A stretch of 64,000 bases of DNA. It comes from Malacoraja senta. Taxonomy: Eukaryota. The DNA lies in the NCBI GenBank assembly GCA_038087875.1, contig CM075981.1, forward strand, positions 60,946,001 to 61,010,000, read 5' to 3'. Below are positions 24,866 through 37,452 of the stretch, one piece after another. Position numbers and translations under genes: made by a program. The notes under the pieces were generated by a model that did no database searches, had not been told where the DNA came from, and worked only from the letters and a program-made list of their open reading frames with translations. The number at the start of each line of letters is the position of its first letter. The stretch's first letter is position 1.

Positions 24866-25392
24866 AACATGATCTCTGTCAGCAGGAAATCCTGACTTGG
24901 CAGGGTTCAGGAAAAAAATAGTGTTTTATATCCCAAAAGCTAATAAATATATTGTATTTAATTTCTCAGAATAATCAAATTCTTTAAACAAACAATGCTC
25001 CTCTTCAGCATTGTCTTACAATAACACGTCACAAACACATGCAATCATTGTGCTCCACTTCCTCCCACCATAAAATCCTCCCACCTTCTGCTAGAACCTG
25101 TCATTGATGCTCATTGGACAAATATTGATGTTTGGTTTTTATTGATTTTTTGGTTGCTAGGCAGACAGATAAGATTGCTTTAGGGAGTGTCTTGTAAAAC
25201 TATAACATCTTACCTATGAATTATATAATTGCAGAAGATTACTCTGGTTGGCGAAAAAATTATTTCAACACAATAATGAAGTTAACGTTCCTTTGCAAAT
25301 TGTCTATTGACAAATATATTGGCATGTTTAAATTTTCAACATTGAATAAATACTGGAGACAAGCTCTTCTGGGATTTTAGGCTAGCTTGTAA

Positions 25393-25702
25393 AGGGCCTG
25401 TCCCACTTGTACGAGGTAATTCAGGAGGTCTCCCGAGTTTCCCCTGATTCGAACTCGGAGAATTACGGTAATAGCCGCTCGTAGGTACTCGGGGCTCTCG
25501 CGGACATTTTTCAACATGTTGAAAAATCTTCACGAGCTTACCGCGTTTCCCGAGTACTTGCCATTAGCGTTACGAGCCGCTAAGAGATGTCCTGAGCTCC
25601 GACGTACCCGCTACGTACATTCTACGTACTTACCACAAGTTTGATTTTTTTTTTTAAACTCGGGAGAGTTCTTGAATTACCTCGTACATTGGGATAGGCC
25701 CT
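25393..25702. mobile_element. PIF/Harbinger-like MITE (310 bp)
   Basis: ~48-bp imperfect TIRs agggcctgtcccacttgtacgaggtaattc... / ...gaattacctcgtacattgggataggccct; flanks TAA / TTA; CpG-rich interior. Confidence 0.85.
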
Positions 25703-25829
25703 TTAGGATCTTAAGTTTAATATTCAAAATTCTACCTATTAAAGTTGGCACCTGGCAAGATTATTTATTTCTATCCTCGCTGGAGGTTAAGGAGCTGGTC
25801 AAACTGAAGAAAATTGTTTAGCTTCTAAA

Positions 25830-26000
25830 ATAAACTGCAAGAGGAACTCAGCGAATCGGGCAGTACCTGGGGAGGCAAAGGGATGATCGATGTTTCTGGT
25901 CGAAATCCTATATCAGGACAGATGCAGGATCTAAACGCGAAACATCAGCTATCCCTTGGCCGTAGATGCTGTTCAACCTGCTGAGTTTCTCCAGTAATTT
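25830..26000. repeat. PLE-derived fold-back repeat
   Basis: aactcagcga..ggcag...gatgtttc and gaaacatc...agatgctg..acctgctgagttt inverted arms. Confidence 0.7.
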
Positions 26001-27059
26001 ATTTGTCTTCAGCTTTTCTGCCGCGGAATGAGTGATCTAGCAATGTGAAAAGTTTGTCTGGGCCCAATAAACCAAGAGGAAATGACCGGCCAATTCAGTG
26101 TCCGTGTATCATGAGTGTTTGCGCTGGGATAAAAAAAAGAAAACTGATAATATATAGCGGGTTAAGCATCATTGGTGGCAAGGGAGGCAAAGCTAACATT
26201 TTAGGTCATTAATCTTTCATCAGAACTGGCAAAGTGAGAAAATAAGCATGTTTTAATATTTTAAAAAACTTGCAGAAGCCTGAAATTAAAAAAGGAGGTC
26301 AGGCAGCATCTGTGGAGTGAGTTAACATTTCAGGTCGACTCCTCCAGTCAGAACCCTCCTTCATAAATAATCAGTTCCTCTGAGTATTTTCAGCAACTTT
26401 TATTTTTATTTCAGATTTCTGCATCTTATTTGCTTTTTGATTGTTCCTGGTTTTTGCACTTGCCGTGGAAGACTTTGGAAGAAGTCCATTTTCTAACCAG
26501 TATTGTAGATATAATACCGTGTGTAGCCAAGGAGCAAATATGAATCATGCAATTATGAATTCCCAAACACAAAAGAGTAGCTACTTAAGATGATTTTTTT
26601 TCCCTGCACTTTTCTGTTTAGCTCAAGATTCGGAAGACAAAGTTCAGCTTTACCAAACATGAAACTTGAGGAATGAATTTGCTTTTTCCAAAGCATGATT
26701 TTCTTTTTAAAATCCTAACATTAAAATATTTAGGTAGTTCAATATTGATGACTCTATTCTGATTGCAATCTTAGCTGGAGGAAGCATAAACTGTGGAAAT
26801 AAGGAACTGCAGAAACTGGTTAATACACAAAAGTTCACAAAGTTCTGGAGTAACTCAGCAAATCGGGCAGCATCTCCGGAGAACAAGAATAGGTAATATT
26901 TCAGGTTGAGACCCGAAATGTGGAAAGATGAGCATTGAGAAAATAAAATAGGACAGACATGGAATTCAGTAATATTTACAATGGTGAAATCATAAGCAAG
27001 TCCTTTTCTAAATATAAATGAAGCAGCTTTGTAAACCTATTTTCTGTTTGTTCCCATAG

Positions 27060-27121
27060 GACAAGTCTTAATGGATATTTCAAACGTACACAAGAAACTC
27101 AACTTAGAAATGGAAGATAAT
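27060..27121 (+). CDS. BAIAP2L1: BAIAP2L1 coding exon (about exon 4): (G)QVLMDISNVHKKLNLEMEDN
   Basis: ttcccatag acceptor, gtatgt donor, 62 nt, phase 1-0. Confidence 0.93.
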
Positions 27122-27339
27122 GTATGTATAAGTTAAACACTGCTTTTCAAAATAGTTTGATATTGTTTTTCCTTTGTAATCTTATGCAAGATTATAAACC
27201 TGAAGGATAACATTAGAATACAAATTGAATTCTGGCACAAAATGGTACAAAGTTGCTATTCATTCATGCCAAATGATCATGCTGGCCATTTAGATTAAAT
27301 GTTCTTCCCAGCTCTACCACTCTTGGTTACAACACTTCA

Positions 27340-27905
27340 AGTAACTTAACAGCACGTACCAGACCACCACCACTGTAAAAATATTTGGGTGGTATCAAGC
27401 TTCTTTAAAGTTATTAGAGTTGCATTCAACAAGGCAAGTACAGGGTATTATATTGTGCCTCTGACTTTTGCCTTAAATATAGTGGAAGGTGTTGGGATAT
27501 CAGGAGGCGAGTCCCTCACTGAGGATGTCAAGCTTCAGCCCAGCTCTTTTAGCCATGATCTGGTTGAGTTTTCATAAATTGTGTCCTTTCTGTTTCCCTC
27601 CATGCTCCCACACCCTACCCCTTGGTTTTGATGGGTGGGGAGTCCGGACAGCAATAATACCATTGAATGTCAAGAAGATTTGATTAGACTCTCTCTTGGA
27701 GAAGATCATTACCTGGCGCCTTTGTGGTACGAAAGATATTTGCCAGTCATCAGCTCATTCATGAATGTTGTTTAGATCATGCTGCATTGACTCCTTCCTT
27801 TACTGTGCAGTTGTGAAGGGAATTGTACATCAGTAAACCTTTGGGAGGTCATCAGTGAAGCAGCTGAAGATGAATGGGCTGAGGACACTGCCCTGAGGAA
27901 CCTAA
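27340..27905 (-). mobile_element. Old CR1/L2-clade LINE RT fragment
   Basis: Reverse complement of 27845-27902 reads VPQGSVLSPFIFSCFTDDL. Confidence 0.7.
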
Positions 27906-27944
27906 ATAGGTCACCTCATGGCATTGGCATGAGTGACCTCCATT

Positions 27945-28972
27945 AATCATTTAAACACTTTGGATCCTCGACTTCCTCATCCATAGACCACAGTCTGTTC
28001 AAGTTGGCAGAAATACTTCTTCCTCATTAAAAATCAGTACGGGAGCACCTCAAGGCTGCATGCTCAGCCCCCTGCTCTACTCACTCCATACTCATGACTG
28101 TGTAGCCGGACATAGTGCGAACTCCATCTTCAGATTCGCCGATGACACCACCGTTGTTGGACGAATTACAGATAGCAATGAGTCAGAGTATAGAAGTGAG
28201 ATCGACCGATTGACCAAATGGTGCCAGCACAACAGCCTGGATCTCAATATCAGTAAAACCAATGAACTGATTGTGGATTTTGGAAGAGGAAGGATGAGGA
28301 CCCACAGTCCTGTTTATATCAATGGGACGATGGTGGAGAGAGCCAAAACCTTCAAATTGCTGGGCGTGCATATTTCCAAAGATCTTTCATGGACCCAGCA
28401 CACTGATGGAATTATAAATAAAGCACATCAACGCCTCTATTTCCTGAGAAGATTAAGGAGATTCAGTATGTCAAAGAGGATTCTCTTGAACTTTTACAGT
28501 ATACAGTAGAGAGCATATTGACTGGTTGCAACTTGAACATCCAGGAGCGGAAAAGATTGCAAAAAGTTGTGAACACTGCCCATCACCGGCTCTGACCTCC
28601 CCACCATCAAAGGGATTTATCGGAGTCGCTGCCTCAAAGACAGCGAGAATCATCAGAGACCCATACCATCCCGGCCACACACTCATTTCACCACTGCCAT
28701 TGGGAAGAAGGTACAGGAGCCTGAAAGCTATGACATCCAGGTTCAGGAACAGCTGCTTCCCCAAATCCCAAAATTCTGGGGCGCTGCGCTACCGAGCGTC
28801 ACTGCCTACATCACCATGCCTCACCACGCATCACACGTGCGTCACGAAGCAGGCGTCGTGCGTCGTGACGCGTAAATTATGTCGCGCAAATGGCGCCCAA
28901 GTGGGACAGGCCCTTAAGAATTTCATTGTTCTATCTGGGACATATGACAATAAAATACTCTTGACTCTTGAT
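27945..28972 (+). mobile_element. 5'-truncated Rex1/Babar-like LINE (RT), interrupted near its 3' end by a Harbinger-like MITE remnant
   Basis: WILDFL..RPQSV, GAPQGCMLSPLLYSLHTHDC, FADDTTVVG, LNISKT.ELIVDF, KAHQRLYFLRRL, LPLGRRYRS, TSRFRNSCFP; tail gacaataaaatactcttgactcttga. Confidence 0.9.
28763..28914. mobile_element. One-ended Harbinger-like MITE remnant
   Basis: Right TIR aagtgggacaggccct followed by TAA, matching the TIR at 25393; CpG-rich; left TIR absent. Confidence 0.7.
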
Positions 28973-29697
28973 TAATGATCTCGGACCTAAATTGAAAAGG
29001 CTGTTTAGTTGTTGCAAGTTATTCCATAGAATTTTTTTAACTATTGCATTTGAGTCAAGTTAAACCTAAAATATTGCTTTTTGTCTAGTTGCAAAATTAT
29101 TTCGAGAACTCCTTGAGAGCAGAATGCTTACCTTCCCTTTCATTGAAAAAAAACCGATAAAACATTAGTAATTCTTGAGTGGAAGGCAAAACTGTTTTTG
29201 AGCATGCACAGAACCAGCACCTATTTAAAGGATCCCAAATCAATTTATTAGATAAATTTACATTCATCTTCAAGAGAGGAAGAAATTCTTGAACTCAATT
29301 ACATAGCATAGTTATAGCATATTGTAATTGAAAATTGGTTTTGGACCTTGTCTGATCATTCTCTTTACATTTGGTGCAATATGGAAAACAATATCCCAAG
29401 AGGATCCATCGCTACTTATCATTCATATTTTTGACATCCCCTCCAACCACAATGCTGACCTCTCAAATCCTGGCCTCACAATCCAATTGCCTCAATCTTC
29501 ACCTTTACCATGAAGATGACAACTCGCACCTGCCTCTTGCCTGCTCACTTTGATCCCCATCGTCTCTCCCCATCTCTCATCTAAATTCAGTGCACTAGAA
29601 TTTCTAGGTATATTTGGGCATTATTTAAGTAATTTACTTTATTCTGTTGTTGTAGTTTCTTGTTATACCTTTAAGAAATATCTTTTTCATCTTGAAG

Positions 29698-29769
29698 TTT
29701 AGGAAATTTCACAAGGACATAATCGGTGAATTGGAGAAAAAAACGGATCAAGATATGAAGTACATGAAT
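29698..29769 (+). CDS. BAIAP2L1: BAIAP2L1 coding exon (about exon 5): [24 protein letters not shown]
   Basis: cttgaag acceptor, gtaagt donor, 72 nt, phase 0-0. Confidence 0.94.
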
Positions 29770-29909
29770 GTAAGTACCTAATCTATTCAATTCGAAGTTG
29801 TGCAACAGCTGATTATTTGTTGATTAAGCACAGATGCAGTTTACATAATTAATATCCAACTTATTGTGAACACTTGGGATCTTGCGCAACTAAAAATTAT
29901 GTCAATCAT

Positions 29910-30560
29910 GGAATTATACAGCTTGGAAACGGGCCCTTCAGGCAAGCCTGTCCATGCTGATCAAAGTGCCTTCCTGAGCTAGTCTCACTTGCCTGCAAAT
30001 CCCTCTAAACCTTTCCTATCCATAAAACTGTCCAAATGTCTTTTTAAACATTATAAACATACCACCTCTGCAACTTCCTCTTGCAGTTCATTCAATACAC
30101 ACACCACGTTCATGTGAAAACCTGCCTGTCAGGTTCCCTGTTAATCTTTCTCCTCTCATCTTAAACCCGTGGCTTTGGTATTCGGCTCGCCTATCCTTGG
30201 AGACTGGCCATCCAGCTTATTTATGCCTCTCATGATTTTATAAACTTCTATAATCATCCCCCCCCCCCTCCTTCACTTCCTTTACTCCAGGGAAAACAAT
30301 CCCAGGCTTTCAGGGAACCATGTAGTTGTGCCCCAGGTGTCTCTGCCTCCAACATTTCTCAGGGCCCTGCCATTGCGTAAGTTTGACCTAATTCAAATTC
30401 CCAAATGCATGATTTTGCACATTCAAGTTAAATACCATTTGACATTTCTTTGCCCACTTTCCCAATTGATCTTGATCCTAGGCTAACTCGTTCTGGATCC
30501 CAAGTGATCTAACCTTTCCGACCAGTCTACCACGTGGGACCTTGACAGTCAAATTTGTGA
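29910..30560 (-). mobile_element. Degenerate CR1 LINE 3' portion
   Basis: tggaaacgggcccttca...ccctctaaacctttcctatccat...ctcttaaa...catgattttataaacttctataa. Confidence 0.75.
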
Positions 30561-31086
30561 CATGTTATTTCCTATGCACAAGGCAATATCCCTAATAAGT
30601 CCTTGTTTTTTCCAATTGGACGTAGAGCTGATCTCTGAACATGCAGTTCCCTGGCTTGCCCTTAGAACTCTCAGGAAAATGTGATTCCAATTTTGTTATT
30701 GTCAGGGTATCATGGGCAGCAAGGATATGGAGGAAAGTGGTGGGTCAGCCATGATCTTAATGAATGGCTAAATAGACAAAAGGGCTAGATAGCATATTCA
30801 TTTTTCCTATGTCTATTCCTATTACTACAACTATGACAGAAAAACAGTCTAAAACATACTTTAATAATATAAACCTTCAATCCATGTACCAATATCCTCT
30901 TTAAAAAAGGAAGATACGTCTGTTTATTGGAGTGCTACACAACTTAATTCTCAGGTGTGATCATTTTATATGAAAAACAAAGGGTAACAACAGCCAGGAT
31001 CAGCAATAACTGTCTGAAGTTGAAATAAATGGAAGGGACTATCCCAACATTTAAGAAACAGTTAGACAGGTACATGAATAGGACAT

Positions 31087-31239
31087 ACACAAAAATGCTG
31101 GAGAAACTCAGCGGGTGCAGCAGCATCTATGGAGCGAAGGCCTATCTCCTTCGCTCCATAGACGCTGCTGCACCCGCTGAGTTTCTCCAGCATTTTTGTG
31201 TACCTTCGATTTTCCAGCATCTGCAGTTCCTTCTTAAAC
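31087..31239. mobile_element. PLE-derived fold-back insertion with 15-bp TSD, nested in a CR1 tail (31035-31345)
   Basis: TSD acatgaataggacat at 31072-31086 and 31240-31254; near-perfect ~54-bp inverted arms. Confidence 0.85.
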
Positions 31240-31508
31240 ACATGAATAGGACATGTTTGGAAGGATATGGACCAAATGCTGGCAGGTGGGACTAGTGTAG
31301 CTGGTGTTGGGCCAAAGAGGCCTGTTTCCACACTATGACTCTAAGTGCTTATCTGAATTTAAGTTTGGTGAATTAGGCCAGTGTTGAGGTTAGAATCCCT
31401 GTAAGAACTTCAGCAATTTTAAATTCTCTGCCAATGCCCTGCAAGATATTATAATAAATTGGCCATTCAAGGCATACAGATTAATATGTTGAAATAATTT
31501 TCTTGCAG

Positions 31509-31646
31509 GCAACGCTTAAAAAATACCAAACAGAACACAGAACTAAATTAGATTCCCTGGAAAAGTCTCAAGCAGAACTCAAGAAACTTCGTAGGAAAAG
31601 TCAAGGAATGAAAAATGCTTACAAATATGAAAATAAAGAAATGGAG
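31509..31646 (+). CDS. BAIAP2L1: BAIAP2L1 coding exon (about exon 6): [46 protein letters not shown]
   Basis: ttgcag acceptor, gtaggt donor, 138 nt; basic KKLRRK patch of the I-BAR tip; lies within ORF 31503..31715. Confidence 0.96.
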
Positions 31647-32554
31647 GTAGGTGTTAAGTCCATCATTGAATGTCGAACAAGAGATGCTCTCCCATCTTCA
31701 TCCACGATTATTTAGAGTCTAATGTATTAACTTTCCTCTGTCTTGCTCCTTTCGTACATGATTAATACTGGTTTATTTCTAGGATGCACTTTGCCATTGT
31801 ACAATCTTTAATTATGAATTGCATGTGATTTTCAGTCAGGGCAACAGTATGAACATTGAAAATAAGTATGCCTGAGGTAAAGAAGCATGTGATGACCAAT
31901 TGTTGGAAAATGTATGGGCATCAAGTAAGGATGGTATCAGACTAGTTTGAGATTTAAACTAAAACTAAAATACATTTCTTGTGAATGGTGAAAATGGAAG
32001 AATGAACCGGTGTTTCTCAGACACTGGATGAATAAAATTCTGTCATGTGAGGTGGATATGAATTGTTGTTGTAGTGGTACAATTGAATTCTCATATTAGT
32101 CATCTGTGGTGCAAATAACAATAGGTCTGCTACCTGAAACCACAAACCACCTGACACTATAGTATTGTAATTGTTTATTGTAATCAAAGCAGTCTTTTCT
32201 TTGTAATCACTTTTCTGGCCACTCTCCTATGTTGATAAGCAGCTTTCTGAGTTAAACATAAAGCTAAATACGGCAAATTTGATATAATTAGAAATATTGG
32301 AAATTTTCAGACCAAGCAACAACCATTGAGGAAAGTAGATGGGATGTTTCATGTTCACGAGTCAGGCCTTTAAAGAATTTGGAAAGTTTCAATGAGATCT
32401 CTCATTCTTCTGAAATCGACATAATACAGAACTATTTGACCTTAATTATCCTCCCAGTGACAAACCTGCCATTGCTAGAGTCAGTCTATAGATTTGTTAC
32501 TACATTCCATCAGAAATGACCTGGATAGGTAGAAAGAGCAAAAATTCAAAGTAC

Positions 32555-32730
32555 GTCATAGAGTCATACAGCGTGGAAACAGGCCCTTCAGTCCAACTCA
32601 CCCAAGCCAACCAACATGCCCCATCTACACTGGTCTCACCCATCTGTGTTTGGCCAATAACCTTCTAAACCTATCCTGTTGATGCTCTCTTGTTAGAAAT
32701 GTTTCTTAAATGTTGTGATAGTACCTGCGT
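32555..32730 (-). mobile_element. CR1-type 3' tail fragment
   Basis: catagagtcatacagcgtggaaacaggcccttca...ttctaaacctatcctg. Confidence 0.75.
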
Positions 32731-32979
32731 GTGTGATGGAAAACTTAGGAAGACAGTAACTCCTGAGGATAAATCAGAGCTCAAATGAGCTTTGACAGTG
32801 AAATGGGCAAACAGGTAGCAGATGCAATTTAATATGAATGTTTGTCATGATGCACTGTGGAAGAAAAAAAAGCAAGCATTCATGTGATGTCCTTTACACC
32901 ATTTTCAAAATATCCTAGGGGCTTTAACTTTTGAAATGTAATCAATGATGTGATTACATTTCAAAATCACTTATGATTC

Positions 32980-33260
32980 CTAAATGTTTCACAGTTTAGG
33001 AAATATGACAGATAATTTGTAAACGGAAGCCTTGGCTATAACAGCTATTTAATGACTAGAAATTTCTTTTAAAGTGCACTGATTGAGGGGTATCTCCCTG
33101 CTGTTCAAAATGGGGTTATTTACATTATCCTGACAGCAGTTCAACAATACTGCAGGACTCCCTCCGTGCTGTATTAAGGCAGCAGTTTGCTGGATTTAAG
33201 CTTGCATCCACAACCTTCTGATTTGGATGAGAAGTCTTCCACTAAGCCACAGGTGGGCAG
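32980..33260 (-). mobile_element. Old Deu-domain-like SINE
   Basis: taggaaa...aatttg...tgattgagggg...tgcaggactccctccgtgctg...cacaaccttctgatt...ccactaagccacag; reverse-complement similarity to 9070-9405. Confidence 0.5.
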
Positions 33261-33364
33261 TATAAAAATAGAAGGATCTGGGGTTGCATCTTCATGGTTC
33301 AAAATACCAGTCCAAATTGATAAGGCAATTGAATCTTATGAAGTACGGTACTTGGCTTTGTAAA

Positions 33365-33760
33365 TAGGGGACTGCAAATGCTGGTTTACAAAAGACCAGT
33401 TCTCTGGAGAGCATAGAAAGGTGACATTTGGAGCCGGGAGTGTTCTTTAACAGAACTTCAAAGTAGGCATTCTGAGGAGAACATCTTCAAAGTAGACATT
33501 TTTAGAAACATCACTGCCTCTCCATGTTCTCCTGAGATGCTGCCTGACCCACTGAGTTACTCCAGCACTCTGTGTTTTGTAAACCATCAACTGCAGTTTC
33601 TCATTTCTACATTCCACTGCCCCACAGCAAAATCTCCTCAAGGTATGCCTACTTTGAAGAATTTCTCCTGAAGGGTCCTGACCCAAAATGTCGCCTATCC
33701 ATATTCTCTTGAGAGGATGCCTGACCCACTGAGCCACCCCAGCACTCTGTGCGCATTTGT
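33365..33760. repeat. Cluster of three PLE-derived short repeats
   Basis: gagatgctgcctgacccactgagttactccagcac twice in direct orientation, plus one inverted copy at 33370-33445. Confidence 0.75.
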
Positions 33761-35779
33761 AAATTGGGGGAATAAATACAAAATCAAAGTAGTTGTGCAC
33801 TACACTAATCACTAGCTAAGGCTCCATTGGACTACTGTGCACCATATCAGTGAAGGTCTAAAGAGTTGTCCAGCAATTTCTTCAATTACAAGACCTTCAA
33901 TTACATGGTGAGATGGGAGAAATTGTAAATTGTAAAGTAGAGAAGATTATGGGGTTTCCAATTGAGGATTGTATTGACAGGGAGAAATGGGTTCCTCTGA
34001 GTTGATAACAAGATAAAAGGTTTAAAGGTAAAATTATTATTATTTTTTTCTCCATTTGGGATTGTTCTGATTTGGAGTGTACTATGTGAAAAATTGCAGA
34101 AACTTTCCTTTAACTCCCAAGTGAAATTCCGAAATATACTTCAACTAATTTGCAGTGTTTGGGATAAAGCTTGTATATTGCATTAAAATGATTATTCAAA
34201 GAGCACAATAGATCAAATGTCATCCTCTTGGCCTGCAAGTTTCTAATGCTGTAATTATGTACATATTTTGTTCAGAATTTTTCTGTCGTGCATTGTAATT
34301 ATACATTGTAAATGAACATTGTCAACATGCAACTCTTTGTGAATAGCAATGTGTGAAATAACTTTTTTTAAATTCGGCCTCAAATATGTGTCATTGTGAA
34401 GTTTTCATTTAATGCTGCGCATTCAGTTTGCTTCCTTCCTAATATATTTGAATATTTTTGATGACTACATATAATGTAATTGTAATTGCCATTCATTCAC
34501 ATCCTACTTTTGTATCCAGATACGCTTGCCAAATGCACAAGATCAATTTTAATATTTTTTACTTCCCCACCCATGAAACCCACAATTATGAGTATAGGCA
34601 AGGGTGGGGTAGTGATGATGTTGAAGGTGACTATTCAGGGTGTGATTGTCACTTTTTCAACCGCAGCTAGGGATGGGCGATAAATACCAGTAACGCCCAC
34701 AACAGGAGAATAAGTAGAACAAAAACAAAGGGATACCAAGTATAGCTACTCTCTATTGAGACAGTGACGATTGCTCATCTTACCAAATTTATATAGCTTT
34801 TTGTTAAGTAATCATTTTTTACGCAATTTTATTGAGATTTTTTTTTTTGCAGCTAGAACAGGGGAATGCTCAAATTTTCAATTCCTTAAATGTTTCAAGC
34901 TGTTTTCTTTTAGTAAATGGTGTCTATTAAACTAAATGCAATTTGAGCATATTCAATATTATGTGTATACTTTTTTTTCTGTAGTATGAATGCTAAGACT
35001 GTCATTTTAAAATAGACAAGTGACTAATCCTAGGCAGAAGCCCTACCGTTATGGCAAGACATAAAGTTAACTAATGCATATTATTTACAGATTACTATTG
35101 ATTGAATTCTGCCCAGCTCCATGGGTTTACTATTTGTATAGAGCAAGAGTTTGGATAGTTCATTTAGGAGATGCAGGGTGAACAATTTGTTTATTATTAT
35201 GTAATCTTGCACCATGCTTGTATAATGTTTTTGATAATTTAGCACAATTTCAGCTTTTTAGAATTTTTAAGTTCATAACTTTGTATTGATCACATTTTGG
35301 TGAAGTGTAGCTTAATTAAAAATATCTATGTATGAAACTGCCCATTTTATAAAGAGGGTGCAGATTTGCGTCACTGTCATCTATTTGTCCTTGAAGAGAA
35401 ACCAAGAACTGGAAAGTGTGCACCTTGCCTACAAATTGGTTCTATTAATAGATCACAGATAGGAGTAACAGCCTAGAAATCATATCCAAATTAAAGTGTG
35501 GAGGTATGGTAGAATTTTCACTGGTATTTTTCTGACATGTATGTATGACATGATAATCTTTCATGCATTGACAACAAAGTAAAAACATAATTGAGTAAAG
35601 CCACTATATTATTGCTGTTCTGTTTATAACTGCAGATTAAATTGTCTTTATTTATAATGAATTCCTATGCCTGAGAGAGCAATATTTTAATCTGAAATTG
35701 GCCTCTGATTATCCCTCATGATCCCTCGTGTTTTCACACGGTTCCATTTTCAATAGCCAGTTTGGGGGTATTTTTAAAT

Positions 35780-36088
35780 TTAGATTAGTTTAGAGATACA
35801 GTCGGAAACAGGACCTTCGGCCCACCGAGTCCGCACAGATCCCCATACATTAACACTATCCTACACACATTGGGGACAATTTACACTCACACCAAGTCAA
35901 TTTACCTACAAACCTGTATGTCTTTGGAGTGTGGGAGGAAACCGAAGATTTCGGAGAAACCCCACACAGTCACGGGGAGAACGTGCAAACTTCTTACAGG
36001 CAGCACCCTTAGTCGGGATCGAACCAGGGTCTCCGGCACTGCAAGCGCTGTAAGGCAGCAACTCTACTGCTACGCCACTGTGCCGCCG
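35780..36088 (-). mobile_element. Full-length tRNA-derived HE1/V-type SINE
   Basis: Reverse complement ggcggcacagtggcgtagcagtagag (A box), ggttcgatccc (B box), tttgcacgttctccccgtgac central domain, tail ctgtatctctaaactaatctaaa. Confidence 0.88.
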
Positions 36089-36332
36089 CAAAATCTTTGG
36101 CTTCTGAAATATAGCCAAATATTGGAAATATTTCTTTTTTTAATTCGACCATTCAGAGTACTGATTTAGAAAGAAATAAACTTGCATTAAAAGTAGTTCT
36201 GATATAATAAATGTGGCAATAAATCTAAGAACTTGATTTTGGGAGAAACCAGGAAGGAATAATTGTGATCTGGTAGAAATTGCTATATATTTTATGAAGG
36301 AACAGATTGACATTTGGATCTTTTGCTTCCAG

Positions 36333-36485
36333 TTTCTAGCAACTATCAGTACGAGGGAAGGTGACATTCAGAGGTTTATCAATGATGGCTGCAAAGAGGC
36401 ATTGCTTGAAGAAAAAAGACGGTTCTGCTTCCTAGTGGACAAGCATTGCATTTTTTCCCAAGACCTAAGCAATTACCATGAAAAG
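36333..36485 (+). CDS. BAIAP2L1: BAIAP2L1 coding exon (about exon 7): [51 protein letters not shown]
   Basis: ttccag acceptor, gtctgt donor, 153 nt; I-BAR signature [14 protein letters not shown]. Confidence 0.96.
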
Positions 36486-36739
36486 GTCTGTTTATAAATA
36501 ATTGTGAAACAAATGAATTTTTCTGTGTTAATATGTATTGGAAAGCATTAAAATTGTTCAAAATTTGAACCATTATTACTGTAAGGAACTGAAAATAGCC
36601 GAAATTCATGTTTTCTTCTGCACTATTGTTGGTTTGAGAGCCAATAGATGTGGTTGCAAATGGCATTTCCAGCAAGATGAGATTCTGCGATAAGATCGGT
36701 AGCTGACCAGGAGAGCATTAGAAGTAAGTCTAGAATTGT

Positions 36740-37102
36740 GGGTGGCACAGTAACGTACCCGATAGAGCTGCTGCATCACAGCGCCAGAGACATGGGTTCA
36801 ATCCTGTCCTCGGGTCATGTCTGTATGGAGTTTGGACTTTGTGACTGTGTGGGTTTCCTCCGGGTGCTCCAGTTTTCTCCCACAAGCCAAAGACATGCGA
36901 GTTTGTAGGTTAATTGGCACACAACAAAAACTTTACACTGTACATGTGACGATAAACTAAACTGAACTGTAAAATACCCCCCTAATGTATAGGGAATGGA
37001 TGGAAAAAGTGGGATAACATAGAACTAGGCTGATTGGGTAATTAGTTGTCTGCATGGACTCGGTCAGCCAAAGGGCCTGCTTCCATGCTAATTCTAAACT
37101 AA
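36740..37102 (+). mobile_element. tRNA-derived HE1/V-type SINE
   Basis: gggtggcacagt...ggttcaatcc...tggagtttg...gggtttcctccgggtgctccagtttt...gggcctgcttccatgct..ctaaactaa. Confidence 0.85.
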
Positions 37103-37452
37103 CAAAGTGAGATTTTCAGCAATAGATGACCTATGATAGAATTGGAGTCCAAACATTATGCAGGTGCAAATTAGTCTGGTATTCAAGTGAGTGTGTGGTT
37201 GAGATATCATTTTGGATCAAACACAAAACGCTAATATGGTTCGGCTTCGGACAATAACTAGGGATGGAAATGGTGACAAGGGAACGGAGTTTATGCCGTG
37301 AAGCACAGGCTGAGAAATGGTAATGATTAAAATGAATAGGTGTTGTATGTTGCACCACACTAATTATAAACTAACCCATCCATTCCTTGTACTCTGAGGT
37401 ACTTTTATGAAAATGAAATTATAATTTCCATCTAATGACTATTTTCACTTAG

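Noticed and set aside
35990-36088. tRNA-like A and B boxes (also at 11040, 36745 and 42780) as tRNA genes
   Set aside because: They are SINE heads continuing into the V-type central domain and LINE-derived tail; no complete cloverleaf.
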